Source of the DNA: Escherichia phage SSBS18_WS_10_728
Strand: one strand, 5' to 3'
DNA: 64,000 nt
Sequence record: MT322327.1
Below, piece by piece: positions 17,596 to 25,860 of this stretch. The position numbers and the translations under genes are program-made. The notes beneath the pieces are model-generated. The model was not told where the DNA came from. It did no database searches and saw nothing but the letters and a program-made list of their open reading frames with translations. Within the stretch, counting starts at the first letter, position 1, and every line of letters starts with the position of its first letter.

Positions 17596-17660
17596 TTTTG
17601 AATCTCCTAGTTTAAGGACTTTATTTAGTGAGGAAGTTCATTCCCTCACCGTTGATTAGT
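17593..17660 (-). promoter_or_regulatory. conserved leader cassette, type A
   Basis: Leader plus hairpin GTGAGGAAGTTCATTCCCTCAC. Confidence 0.6.
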
Positions 17661-17818
17661 AATTTACTTGTTTTGATATCTGATTGCAAGCAATTTTTTA
17701 AGTTTATCTATAAAGAATCTTTTAAGTTAATCCCTTTTAGATAAACCCCCTCGAACAAAGTTACCAATGTCAAGGGGTATTGTCAACACTTTTTTAAAAG
17801 TTTTTTGTAAGTTATTGA

Positions 17819-18160
17819 TTAACTGATGAATATTTTTTCAGGTTTTACATAGCTGATACGCTGACTTTTTAGGAGGTCATCCCAGATTAGCGCGGCAATA
17901 TGAGAATAACCGGATTCACGTAAGAGCTTCATTGCTTTACTTCTCGTTTCGAATCTGGTTGCATAGTACTCACTATTCAAAACAGTTTTATTCCCTTCGT
18001 TATCTGTATGGATAATCTGCATCACTTGAAAGGGGCTGGTATCCTCGCCTTTGTTCCATTGCTCAAAGTATTTTAGGCACTGCATAGGTGACAGCTTATC
18101 GCTTACTTGAGTTGACCAAGATGAATTCTCTTTATCAGTAATTACAGTTACATAAGCCAT
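17819..18160 (-). CDS. hypothetical protein (array gene d)
   Basis: ORF 17819..18205; start set to ATG 18160, which directly follows the conserved leader. Confidence 0.5.
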   Translation of the reverse strand: MAYVTVITDKENSSWSTQVSDKLSPMQCLKYFEQWNKGEDTSPFQVMQIIHTDNEGNKTVLNSEYYATRFETRSKAMKLLRESGYSHIAALIWDDLLKSQRISYVKPEKIFIS

Positions 18161-18235
18161 TTTTGAATCTCCTAGTTTAAGGACTTTATTTAGTAGGGAG
18201 GTCATCCCTCCCGTTGATTGACAATTTACAGACTT
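18160..18235 (-). promoter_or_regulatory. conserved leader cassette, type A
   Basis: Leader plus hairpin GGGAGGTCATCCCTCCC. Confidence 0.6.
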
Positions 18236-18248
18236 TTATCAGGCTTGT

Positions 18249-18482
18249 CTAGTCTTTTTCAATGATAATTTCATATTGACCATCTACGCTGTCAAAATAG
18301 ACACCATCTTCATCTTCTGTCTTAAAGTAACATTGTATATCATCACTGGCGGGGTAGTCTTGTCTTGCTATCTGACAGACCTGAACGGCATTTTCTTTAC
18401 TTCCTGTAAACTCCTCAAGCCCTTTAAAATCACATGAATGACCATTACAAATAGAAAGGATAAGATAAACGGTTGTCAGCAT
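18249..18482 (-). CDS. hypothetical small Cys-containing protein with hydrophobic N-terminus (array gene e)
   Basis: 77-aa ORF; non-conserved upstream region with AGAGGG RBS. Confidence 0.45.
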   Translation of the reverse strand: MLTTVYLILSICNGHSCDFKGLEEFTGSKENAVQVCQIARQDYPASDDIQCYFKTEDEDGVYFDSVDGQYEIIIEKD

Positions 18483-18545
18483 GATTGAAGCCCTCTAAAT
18501 GGCCCTGTGTGGGCCTTAAGTTAAAAGTTGGTGTCTTTGTACTGC

Positions 18546-19109
18546 TTATCCTAAAAAGTCCTTTAAATTGCGTTCTGTGAGGTTTTCCGTGATTTTATCC
18601 AGTAGGTCACAAAACACGGAACTATCACCGCTATTCTGTACAATTTTTGCAATACTCAACAAATCATCATCAATATAGCCCAAATTGCGGTTAGTTGTAT
18701 CAGGTACAAAGAAAGGTGCATACATCGCACTAAATTTTGTTGAGTGTATGCTAACAATCCAATTTTTATCAAAGTATCCGGTAAAGCTGGCAATTTCGCT
18801 CATGTTGTCACAAGAATAATCATCCTCTAGTTCTTCCTCTGGGATATCCATTTCAATAACAATCACGTCCTGCGTTTCCATTTGGAAAGCGGCCGTAATA
18901 AGCCCCGACTCTAAGGCACTTTGAATGCAGCGTTCACGGATGTAAGAGTCTTCCTCATCTTCCATACATTCCATTTTGATAACCTTATCCATTGGGTAAA
19001 CGTAGAAACAATCGTCCATGTAGGAGCAGTTCCAGATACCTTCCGGCTTGTCGCCACCATTCAGCAGGTTTACAAAGTTTTTCAGAGTAGTTCCGTGATA
19101 GCATTTCAT
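18546..19109 (-). CDS. hypothetical acidic protein (array gene f)
   Basis: 187-aa ORF with conserved leader. Confidence 0.5.
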   Translation of the reverse strand: MKCYHGTTLKNFVNLLNGGDKPEGIWNCSYMDDCFYVYPMDKVIKMECMEDEEDSYIRERCIQSALESGLITAAFQMETQDVIVIEMDIPEEELEDDYSCDNMSEIASFTGYFDKNWIVSIHSTKFSAMYAPFFVPDTTNRNLGYIDDDLLSIAKIVQNSGDSSVFCDLLDKITENLTERNLKDFLG

Positions 19110-19200
19110 TTTTGAATCTCCTAGTTTAAGGACTTTGTTTAGTGGTAAAGCTCTTTATCTGGGGCTTACTGTACAGACTTATAAGCCCCTTGTAAAGTAC
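19107..19200 (-). promoter_or_regulatory. conserved leader cassette, type B hairpin
   Basis: Minus sense AAAGTACTTTACAAGGGGCTTA-loop-TAAGCCCCAGATAAAGAGCTTTACCACTAAACAAAGTCCTTAAACTAGGAGATTCAAAAATG. Confidence 0.6.
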
Positions 19201-19201
19201 T

Positions 19202-19405
19202 TTATCGGTTATTTTTGACAACTTTTAAAACTGCAAGATAACCTAAGCAATAAGAGTCGCCGAAGAGAGTCCTACCCATGAAAGAATCCTCTTTAATATC
19301 CTTTGCAGTGACAGTTTTTTCTACGCCGTGGGAAAGGACTACATCGCCAACTTTGATATCTTTGATATGAGTAGTTTCAATGTTTAAACCGTTGATAATA
19401 GCCAT
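19202..19405 (-). CDS. hypothetical small protein (array gene g)
   Basis: 67-aa ORF with conserved leader. Confidence 0.45.
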   Translation of the reverse strand: MAIINGLNIETTHIKDIKVGDVVLSHGVEKTVTAKDIKEDSFMGRTLFGDSYCLGYLAVLKVVKNNR

Positions 19406-19470
19406 TTTTGAATCTCCTAGTTTAAGGACTTTGTTTAGTGGGAAGGTAATTCCCTCCCCGTTGATGTGTA
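19403..19470 (-). promoter_or_regulatory. conserved leader cassette, type A
   Basis: Leader plus hairpin GGGAAGGTAATTCCCTCCCC. Confidence 0.6.
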
Positions 19471-19505
19471 ATTTAATCTATCTGAAAACCAGTGTCAACA
19501 GTTTT

Positions 19506-19910
19506 TTAGAGTTCTGCATAAATTGCGTCGCAGATATTACGAAAATCGTGATTTGTTAAGTTACGTTGCAACCATGTTGCGAAAAAGTCAGCGATTGCAA
19601 AATTAGCGTCATACTCAACAGATAGCCACACTTTAACAGCAAATCGAAACATTTTCAAGTCTAATTCTTTATTCATAACCTTTGATTTGCCTAACATGTC
19701 AGCCATCTCATATTGTGCACCGTCTAGCGTGATACCTGCTGCAACGTCAGCCAATGAGTTTTTTACGCTTTCAACGTCTAAGATAACACTTTGAATCTTA
19801 CCAATAATGTTGTGTAATGTTTCGTCCGGTGCTGATGACGTGATAACATTAATCCGGTTGACGGTCAAACGCGCTTTTAAGATTGATAACTCACGATTAT
19901 TAATAGCCAT
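19506..19910 (-). CDS. hypothetical protein (array gene h)
   Basis: 134-aa ORF with variant leader. Confidence 0.5.
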   Translation of the reverse strand: MAINNRELSILKARLTVNRINVITSSAPDETLHNIIGKIQSVILDVESVKNSLADVAAGITLDGAQYEMADMLGKSKVMNKELDLKMFRFAVKVWLSVEYDANFAIADFFATWLQRNLTNHDFRNICDAIYAEL

Positions 19911-19995
19911 TTTAGAATCTCCAATTTAGGATTTAGTTAGTAAAGCTCTTTATCTGGGGCTTACTTTATCGAACTATAAGCCCCTTGTAAAGTAC
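19908..19995 (-). promoter_or_regulatory. conserved leader cassette, type B variant
   Basis: Type B hairpin GGGGCTTA...TAAGCCCC with variant RBS region GGAGATTCTAAAATG. Confidence 0.55.
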
Positions 19996-19996
19996 T

Positions 19997-20269
19997 TTAT
20001 GCTAAATGCAGCTTTTTACCTTTTACCATGATGTAAGTTGATGCGCTATTACTATAAACATCCTGATAAATTCTGCGCAAACGGCCTTCGTAGTATACTT
20101 TCCAACTGGTTGGAATCTTTTTCCCGTATCCTGTAGCAGTTTTTTGGAGTCCTGCAACTTGCCAATCTAAGATATGTTGTTCGGCTTGTAAATCCTCGAA
20201 GTGCATTACACCGTTCACATAGTGACGAAGGGTTACATTTAAAGTGCGACCGTTGTTAGTAGTATACAT
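19997..20269 (-). CDS. hypothetical protein (array gene i)
   Basis: 90-aa ORF with conserved leader. Confidence 0.5.
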   Translation of the reverse strand: MYTTNNGRTLNVTLRHYVNGVMHFEDLQAEQHILDWQVAGLQKTATGYGKKIPTSWKVYYEGRLRRIYQDVYSNSASTYIMVKGKKLHLA

Positions 20270-20340
20270 TTTTGAATCTCCTAGTTTAAGGACTTTACTT
20301 AGTGGGGAGGTTATTACCTCCCGTTGATTAGTAATTTACT
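20267..20340 (-). promoter_or_regulatory. conserved leader cassette, type A
   Basis: Leader plus hairpin GGGGAGGTTATTACCTCCC. Confidence 0.6.
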
Positions 20341-20357
20341 TGTTTTAAAAACCAAAA

Positions 20358-20690
20358 TCAAGAGGAATTTTTTCGTTTGTTCAATTCTTGGACAATTACA
20401 GCGTAATAGTCTTTTAAGTCACTAATATTTAAAGCATTTATCAGAGAGTTATAATCATCCACTAACTGAAAATCATCTTTGAAAATGTCACTTATCTGAT
20501 AGGTTTTCGCTTTATATCTGAAGCTCATCTCTAGCCGCTTTATTTGCTCATCACTGAGGCGCCCTAGAAAGCTTTCTACAAGGTTATTGCTAACCTGCTG
20601 TGTGATTGCCTTATTTGCTAGATTATAGGCTTTATATGCCTTATATAGCGCGAAAATGGCAATGATTGCAGTGATACCAGTCATTAACAT
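20358..20690 (-). CDS. hypothetical membrane-anchored protein (array gene j)
   Basis: 110-aa ORF with N-terminal TM helix; start overlaps stop of upstream gene (translational coupling). Confidence 0.45.
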   Translation of the reverse strand: MLMTGITAIIAIFALYKAYKAYNLANKAITQQVSNNLVESFLGRLSDEQIKRLEMSFRYKAKTYQISDIFKDDFQLVDDYNSLINALNISDLKDYYAVIVQELNKRKNSS

Positions 20691-20980
20691 GGTGTTTCCT
20701 CTTTACGTGATACTTTGCCATTTACAGTTATCTCATAAGAATCTAGTAAGTCACTTTTAGATTTTACTGGACTTTTAAAAGTATCATCATAGACATTTAC
20801 TTGCAATACAGGTTTTTTATATTCCCTGCAACTATTCCATAAGCAAATCACTACACGACGGCCTTTTATTTTGCCGTGTAACCATTCCATAACATCATGA
20901 CTATTCCTTGATGTCTCTATAAAATCAATTTTGTTGAGTAATTTGCTGAGGTTTTCCCTAACTTTATTTGATAATTTCAT
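20684..20980 (-). CDS. hypothetical protein (array gene k)
   Basis: 98-aa ORF with variant leader. Confidence 0.5.
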   Translation of the reverse strand: MKLSNKVRENLSKLLNKIDFIETSRNSHDVMEWLHGKIKGRRVVICLWNSCREYKKPVLQVNVYDDTFKSPVKSKSDLLDSYEITVNGKVSRKEETPC

Positions 20981-21070
20981 CTTTGAATCTCCTAGTTTAA
21001 GGGTTAATTTGATAAATCTCTTTATCTGGGGCTATCATATCCGCTTGTTAGCCCCGTGTAAAGAAATCTA
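20978..21070 (-). promoter_or_regulatory. conserved leader cassette, type B variant
   Basis: CTTTATCTGGGGCTA...TAGCCCCGTG hairpin with leader. Confidence 0.5.
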
Positions 21071-21071
21071 T

Positions 21072-21584
21072 TTAGTTCTTAAAGATATTCATCACTGAAT
21101 CTTTTAATGCTTCCAAGCGTTCTAATACTTCAGATTCTGCGTCTGCGTTGTTCACTTCCTCTTTTAGTCTGTCATCTAAATCATCGCCGTCACTGTAGCA
21201 CCAATCGAAAGCATAACCAATATAAAAACTCTCTAAAACCGTGCTACCGTTTGCATCTACAACTTTCGCGGCAATGTTATACTCTGAAGCCTCTAAATCC
21301 CTTTCTAGTTCTTTCTGTAAGCTCGTGTAAGCCTCTTTCGATGGATTCTCACGGCCTTGTTTTGCATAGTCACTTGAAAGCTGCTTAAGGCTGTAATGTA
21401 AAGGGATTGCATATTTAAATTCATTACGCTGACAGTTAAGATTTTTAATAGTTACACCGCCTTGATGGTCATCTGTAAATTTCCAATTATCAAGGTTATG
21501 ACTTGCTTCGTAGCAATTAACAGCCTCATAAATGATGGAAAATTTTTCTTTTACAACTTCAAAGGTAGCGTCTACAGTTTTCAT
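21072..21584 (-). CDS. hypothetical acidic protein (array gene l)
   Basis: 170-aa ORF with conserved leader. Confidence 0.5.
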   Translation of the reverse strand: MKTVDATFEVVKEKFSIIYEAVNCYEASHNLDNWKFTDDHQGGVTIKNLNCQRNEFKYAIPLHYSLKQLSSDYAKQGRENPSKEAYTSLQKELERDLEASEYNIAAKVVDANGSTVLESFYIGYAFDWCYSDGDDLDDRLKEEVNNADAESEVLERLEALKDSVMNIFKN

Positions 21585-21678
21585 TTTTGAATCTCCTAGT
21601 TTAAGGACTTGATTTAGTGGTAAAGCTCTTTATCTGGGGCTTAAGATATCAACTTTTAAGCCCCTTGTAAAGTACTTT
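21582..21678 (-). promoter_or_regulatory. conserved leader cassette, type B
   Basis: Same architecture as 19107..19200. Confidence 0.6.
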
Positions 21679-21679
21679 A

Positions 21680-21937
21680 TCAGATTAAATTGCCAGTTAA
21701 TGATAAGTGCATTTTGTAACCTTGTTTAGTAAACACGTTCACTTTACCGATGGATTTTACACCTTTAAAGAGGTTATTTGAACTGCGTTTTAAGGTTAAC
21801 TTTTTATCAGCCTTCACGCCCCATCTTACAGCAGTTTGTTTTCCGTTGTCAACCACTTTCCCGCCTAACTTTTTCGCCATGATGCGAGCGTCATCACGAG
21901 TTTTTGCAGGAACTACAACGTTTTTGATAATAGCCAT
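21680..21937 (-). CDS. hypothetical basic protein (array gene m)
   Basis: 85-aa ORF with leader. Confidence 0.5.
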   Translation of the reverse strand: MAIIKNVVVPAKTRDDARIMAKKLGGKVVDNGKQTAVRWGVKADKKLTLKRSSNNLFKGVKSIGKVNVFTKQGYKMHLSLTGNLI

Positions 21938-22024
21938 TTTAGAATCTCCAATTTAGGATTTAGTGGTAAAGCTCTTTATCTGGGGCTTACTTTATCTAAC
22001 TATAAGCCCCTTGTAAAGTACTTT
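21935..22024 (-). promoter_or_regulatory. conserved leader cassette, type B variant
   Basis: Near-identical to the copy at 19908..19995. Confidence 0.55.
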
Positions 22025-22025
22025 A

Positions 22026-22406
22026 TCAGTTAATTTTGAAAATTGTCACATAGCCGTCACTGCCGATTATTTGAGACACTCCAGCTTTTTCCACTGAATA
22101 GCCCATATTTTCAAGATGATAAACAGCATCATCATAACCATATGCGCCACCCTGATAACGTCTCTTATCGCATCTTATCAGGTTTTTACCACGTCCTGCA
22201 AGTGCATTCAGTACGGCTTTTTCACTTGATAGCGTACCATCTAACATGGTTGCCGTGTAATGGTTGATTTTATTCCCGTTAATATCATACTTAAAATTGA
22301 ATGCGTGAACAACAATCAATTTGCCGTTAAATTTTTCATCAAGTGACTTCTCCAGTGCGTTGCGGAAGTTGTCTTTGTTGATGAATTTCGGTGCACGATA
22401 AGCCAT
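22026..22406 (-). CDS. hypothetical protein (array gene n)
   Basis: 126-aa ORF with leader. Confidence 0.5.
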   Translation of the reverse strand: MAYRAPKFINKDNFRNALEKSLDEKFNGKLIVVHAFNFKYDINGNKINHYTATMLDGTLSSEKAVLNALAGRGKNLIRCDKRRYQGGAYGYDDAVYHLENMGYSVEKAGVSQIIGSDGYVTIFKIN

Positions 22407-22493
22407 TTTTGAATCTCCTAGTTTAAGGTTAATGTAGTAAAGCTCTTTATCTGGGGCTTAAGATATCAGCTTTTAAGCCCCCTGTAAAGTACT
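22404..22493 (-). promoter_or_regulatory. conserved leader cassette, type B
   Basis: Type B hairpin plus CTAGGAGATTCAAAAATG. Confidence 0.55.
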
Positions 22494-22494
22494 T

Positions 22495-22701
22495 TTATTT
22501 ATCGTAGTAGTAAATTGCTGTCTGTCTTGTAAACTTCTTAGTGTTTCTTGTAAGGTAGCAATTAGAATTAATAGCCGTTTCTACATAGTTGCAATAGTCG
22601 GCTTCTGATATTCTGGACCATACGCCACAGATTTTCATGTAAAAACGTTTTGCCTTTGTGTTAACGTTAGTTGTAACCATTAATTCACGATAGTAAGTCA
22701 T
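22495..22701 (-). CDS. hypothetical small Cys-containing protein (array gene o)
   Basis: 68-aa ORF with partial leader. Confidence 0.45.
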   Translation of the reverse strand: MTYYRELMVTTNVNTKAKRFYMKICGVWSRISEADYCNYVETAINSNCYLTRNTKKFTRQTAIYYYDK

Positions 22702-22740
22702 TTTTGGATTCTCCAGTTTAGGAAGTGGGCTGGCTTGCCC
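22699..22740 (-). promoter_or_regulatory. conserved leader cassette, divergent copy
   Basis: CATTTTTGGATTCTCCAGTTTAGGAAG then hairpin GGGCTGGCTTGCCC. Confidence 0.4.
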
Positions 22741-22799
22741 GTCTGATGCAAATATTAAATAACCATAGTCAAAGAGTCAATAGGAATTTTAAAAATATT

Positions 22800-23150
22800 T
22801 TTGCAAAAAAAAAAAAAACTGTAATGAAACGGGCGCACGCGACTACCACAAAACAGAACTACAATCAAGAATTATTTTTCAATCCGCTACAAATTTTTCT
22901 GTTGACTTTTATTTTCAGATGTGGTAGCCTTGTGAGAAATGGCGACATCCCCACCTGCACCCACCTACCTGCACAATTCTAAAATGATTTTTCTTGCCCG
23001 ACCTGAGCGGGGTCTGCACGTTTTGAAAATAAAAAAGCTCTTTGGAGATTATCTGCACAGTTTGAAAATGAATTTTCTCTTTGGAGTTCAAAATTTTCTC
23101 TACAGATTTCTCTACAGAACTCTACCTGCACAATTCTAAAATGAAAAAGC
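22800..23150. repeat. intergenic region with 14-nt poly(A) tract and four CTGCAC-N-TTTGAAAATG-like repeats
   Basis: A14 at 22805-22818; repeats at ~22966, ~23016, ~23058, ~23126. Confidence 0.6.
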
Positions 23151-23217
23151 CCTCCTTACCTGAAAAATTTACCAGATAAGAAAGGCTTAGTCTATTGTGA
23201 ATATTATACAGATTTTC

Positions 23218-24003
23218 TTAGTTCTTTGCGCCTAAAAAGGTAACTTCTGGTGAAGAGAAAATTTCCTCAACATTCTCATCAGTTCTTGCATAGATATATG
23301 TGTCTGCATCACTGCCAAATGTTACTGCAATTCTGTGATTGCTCTTCGACAGGTGGGTAACTAGAGCGTTACTTAGAGACATCTTTTCAACCGGAGGGTT
23401 ACTTTGATGTATCTCGCCTTTTCTTCGTCTGAAGAGGGTAACTGCATCATCAGTGAACGTTACTACACCTGCAAAGTATTCTGGTTCACAGTAGTTCTTC
23501 CAACCTGAGCGTAACTTGTGGTACATCTCCCCTTCGTAGACATACAGATACACATCTACACTCTTCATCACCTGATTAATGATAACGGTAACGGCTTGAG
23601 GGTCCAGTCCACCGATACCTGCACCAATCATAGGTAACCCAACTTTCTTCAACTGATTCACTTCACAGTATCTGTTAAACTGTTTCAAAGATGACTCTAA
23701 AGCACTGTATCGAGCATCTTTACCAGTCTTAAGCTGAGTGTAAAGGTTAGCTATACGGCCTTGTTTTAAACGTGCTACAGAGAAATTGCCTAGTAAATTC
23801 TCACAGGGCTTGTGGCCTATTCCACCTGCATACAGATAAACTTCTGTATCAGTCTCATATGCTTTTGGGTAAAGTTTAGAAATCTTGTCAGCGATACCTG
23901 CACCCATTAAGTTCATACAGTTGCAACCGTGACCGATGACGTCAAACTTACCTTTATCAAATGCTGCAAAGATATCACCATTGATAATTTTTACAATACC
24001 CAT
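23218..24003 (-). CDS. macro-domain protein (ADP-ribose binding/hydrolase-like) with C-terminal extension
   Basis: N-terminal motifs NGDIF, VIGHGCNCMNLMGAGIA, IGAGIGGL typical of Macro/Appr-1-p processing domains. Confidence 0.6.
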   Translation of the reverse strand: MGIVKIINGDIFAAFDKGKFDVIGHGCNCMNLMGAGIADKISKLYPKAYETDTEVYLYAGGIGHKPCENLLGNFSVARLKQGRIANLYTQLKTGKDARYSALESSLKQFNRYCEVNQLKKVGLPMIGAGIGGLDPQAVTVIINQVMKSVDVYLYVYEGEMYHKLRSGWKNYCEPEYFAGVVTFTDDAVTLFRRRKGEIHQSNPPVEKMSLSNALVTHLSKSNHRIAVTFGSDADTYIYARTDENVEEIFSSPEVTFLGAKN

Positions 24004-24240
24004 TTAGCATCTCTCCCAAGATTCTTTATCTTCTGAAGGTTTTACACGTTGCCCTTCGTGGTCTACCCAGATACATCCACAACCTTCACAGATTACTGGC
24101 ATTGCATAGCCAGCTTTAAAGTCATCTTCAGTGATAAGACCTTTTAAGTCCCCTGTATCACGTCCGAACATTTCGATAGCACAGTCTTTGCAGAAATCAG
24201 CCATGAATAATTGCCTCTTGAGTGATGATACCTTTACCAC
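24004..24240 (-). CDS. small Cys-rich (zinc-ribbon-like) protein
   Basis: 78-aa ORF with CKDC...CEGCGC motifs; abuts macro-domain gene. Confidence 0.4.
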   Translation of the reverse strand: MVKVSSLKRQLFMADFCKDCAIEMFGRDTGDLKGLITEDDFKAGYAMPVICEGCGCIWVDHEGQRVKPSEDKESWERC

Positions 24241-24430
24241 AGCGACTTTTAAAATCTTCTAATGGTTCAGATATGAAGCCACGTAAACGGTCACTGAATT
24301 TACGTTTTAAACCCTTCTTATAAGTTAACACATCTTCCCCTGCAAACGGAACGACTTCATCTCTCCCTATGAATACTGCTGAACGTACAATCTTGCGGGT
24401 CTTTTTATCTCTGGCTAGTATTACTTTCAT
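24197..24430 (-). CDS. hypothetical protein
   Basis: 77-aa ORF. Confidence 0.4.
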   Translation of the reverse strand: MKVILARDKKTRKIVRSAVFIGRDEVVPFAGEDVLTYKKGLKRKFSDRLRGFISEPLEDFKSRCGKGIITQEAIIHG

Positions 24431-24770
24431 AGTTTACCTTCTCAGTTAGCTCATACAAGTCAACATGCTCAATGCTATCAATGTTGATACCAATCTTTTT
24501 GAAGCGTTCTATCACTTCGTTGTCAGTCATCCATATCAGACACCAATGATTGTGGATGGATTCTTCAAGGAGGTCAACACAATCTTTAAAAGTTTTTGTA
24601 TCACTCCTTGTTCCGACTACTGCGATTGTTCCATACAACCACTTACCATTACCATAAGATACTTGTGCTACGCCAACTTCTTTATCTTTCTCGTAGTAAA
24701 CGGCTACAAAGTCTCTTCCATTAATCTGCATTTGTAAGTTCCTCTGTTGGTAATTCACCATTTTCAGCAA
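24405..24770 (-). CDS. hypothetical protein
   Basis: 121-aa ORF. Confidence 0.45.
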   Translation of the reverse strand: MLKMVNYQQRNLQMQINGRDFVAVYYEKDKEVGVAQVSYGNGKWLYGTIAVVGTRSDTKTFKDCVDLLEESIHNHWCLIWMTDNEVIERFKKIGINIDSIEHVDLYELTEKVNYESNTSQR

Positions 24771-25035
24771 AGTACTGAAGGTATGGCAATAACTCTTTCA
24801 CCTGTTCTTGGCTGAGCTTCATTCTTTGGTTACCTACAAAATCTTTGCCTACTAATGATGGGATATCAAGTGTTTTCCAGCCACCATCTAGGTACTGAAC
24901 AGAGACCTCTTTAGCACCTAGCCAAATACATGGTTCATATGATGAACTCTCTTGTAAAGTACAAATTTCCCCTTTAGCATCTTTAAATTCTGCATAAGAA
25001 AATCCACGATTGGTTGACTGGAATTGCATAATCAT
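24721..25035 (-). CDS. hypothetical protein
   Basis: 104-aa ORF. Confidence 0.45.
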   Translation of the reverse strand: MIMQFQSTNRGFSYAEFKDAKGEICTLQESSSYEPCIWLGAKEVSVQYLDGGWKTLDIPSLVGKDFVGNQRMKLSQEQVKELLPYLQYFAENGELPTEELTNAD

Positions 25036-25301
25036 TTCCTCGTTTTAAGAACTGCTAAGATTTCTTTAGAATCTGGTAAGAACCATGTGTAGTGATTCTC
25101 TTTGATTTCTGGATGAGTGTCAACCTTTATTTTGAACTCTTTACCAACATGCTTAAGCTGTGCTGTGACACCTTGCATAAAGATATGACACATCACGTTA
25201 TCCATAATGGTTGGTGAGAAATCAACCCGCATATAAGTTTCTTTTGGTCGTGGTAGCAGTAAGTACCCTTCTACATAGAAAGTGTCTTCGCTCTCTGTCA
25301 T
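25032..25301 (-). CDS. hypothetical protein
   Basis: 89-aa ORF. Confidence 0.45.
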   Translation of the reverse strand: MTESEDTFYVEGYLLLPRPKETYMRVDFSPTIMDNVMCHIFMQGVTAQLKHVGKEFKIKVDTHPEIKENHYTWFLPDSKEILAVLKTRK

Positions 25302-25567
25302 TGCTGTTTATTCCCTAATAAAATCATGTCAATAAGGTTATTAGCTTTTATTGTGCACTGATAAAAACCATCACGATAAAACTCAAGGGCTGCTGCCACA
25401 TCACTACCAGTATTACCTTTGACGGTGAATCTTGATTCTTCTTGTGTGTACTTATCACTCTCACTTACTTGGGAGTTTTTGAATGTACTGTTCACTTTGT
25501 TCGTTGAACACCCTGACATAGTTATCAGTAACACAAACATTATAAAACTCTGGCTTAGTTTTTTCAT
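25298..25567 (-). CDS. lipoprotein (lipobox MSGC); candidate o-spanin (Rz1-like)
   Basis: Signal peptide with lipobox Cys; gene overlaps the 3' part of 25461..25808 in another frame. Confidence 0.45.
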   Translation of the reverse strand: MKKLSQSFIMFVLLITMSGCSTNKVNSTFKNSQVSESDKYTQEESRFTVKGNTGSDVAAALEFYRDGFYQCTIKANNLIDMILLGNKQQ

Positions 25568-25808
25568 ATGTTAGTACCTCTTTTGTATGCTTATTCTTAG
25601 CAAGCACATCTTTCAAATCATTTTTGTAATTGGTGCTGAGTGTGGCTAAACCTTCCTGATAAGCATCTTTGGCAACACTTATTAGTTTCTCATTATTTAG
25701 TTCAGTTTCAGCAACTTGGTAGTCTCTGTAAGAGTATCCTCCCCAGACACCTGCTCCAACTAAGAAAACAATTATGAAAGTAGCTTGACAGAACTCTTTA
25801 AATGTCAT
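25461..25808 (-). CDS. N-terminal-TM protein; candidate i-spanin (Rz-like)
   Basis: TM helix FIIVFLVGAGVWGGY then helical domain; overlapping lipoprotein gene. Confidence 0.45.
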   Translation of the reverse strand: MTFKEFCQATFIIVFLVGAGVWGGYSYRDYQVAETELNNEKLISVAKDAYQEGLATLSTNYKNDLKDVLAKNKHTKEVLTYEKTKPEFYNVCVTDNYVRVFNEQSEQYIQKLPSK

Positions 25809-25825
25809 TTAACAATCTCCTGAAA

Positions 25826-25852
25826 TGAAAAAGGCTCCCGAAGGAGCCTGTA
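25826..25852 (-). terminator. rho-independent terminator
   Basis: Minus strand: GGCTCC-TTCG-GGAGCC then TTTTTCATTT. Confidence 0.55.
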
Positions 25853-25860
25853 TCTTAACC

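Noticed and set aside
22939-23139. Plus-strand ORFs 22725..22982 and 22939..23139
   Set aside because: They lie in a repeat- and A-tract-rich intergenic region, have no RBS and low-complexity translations.
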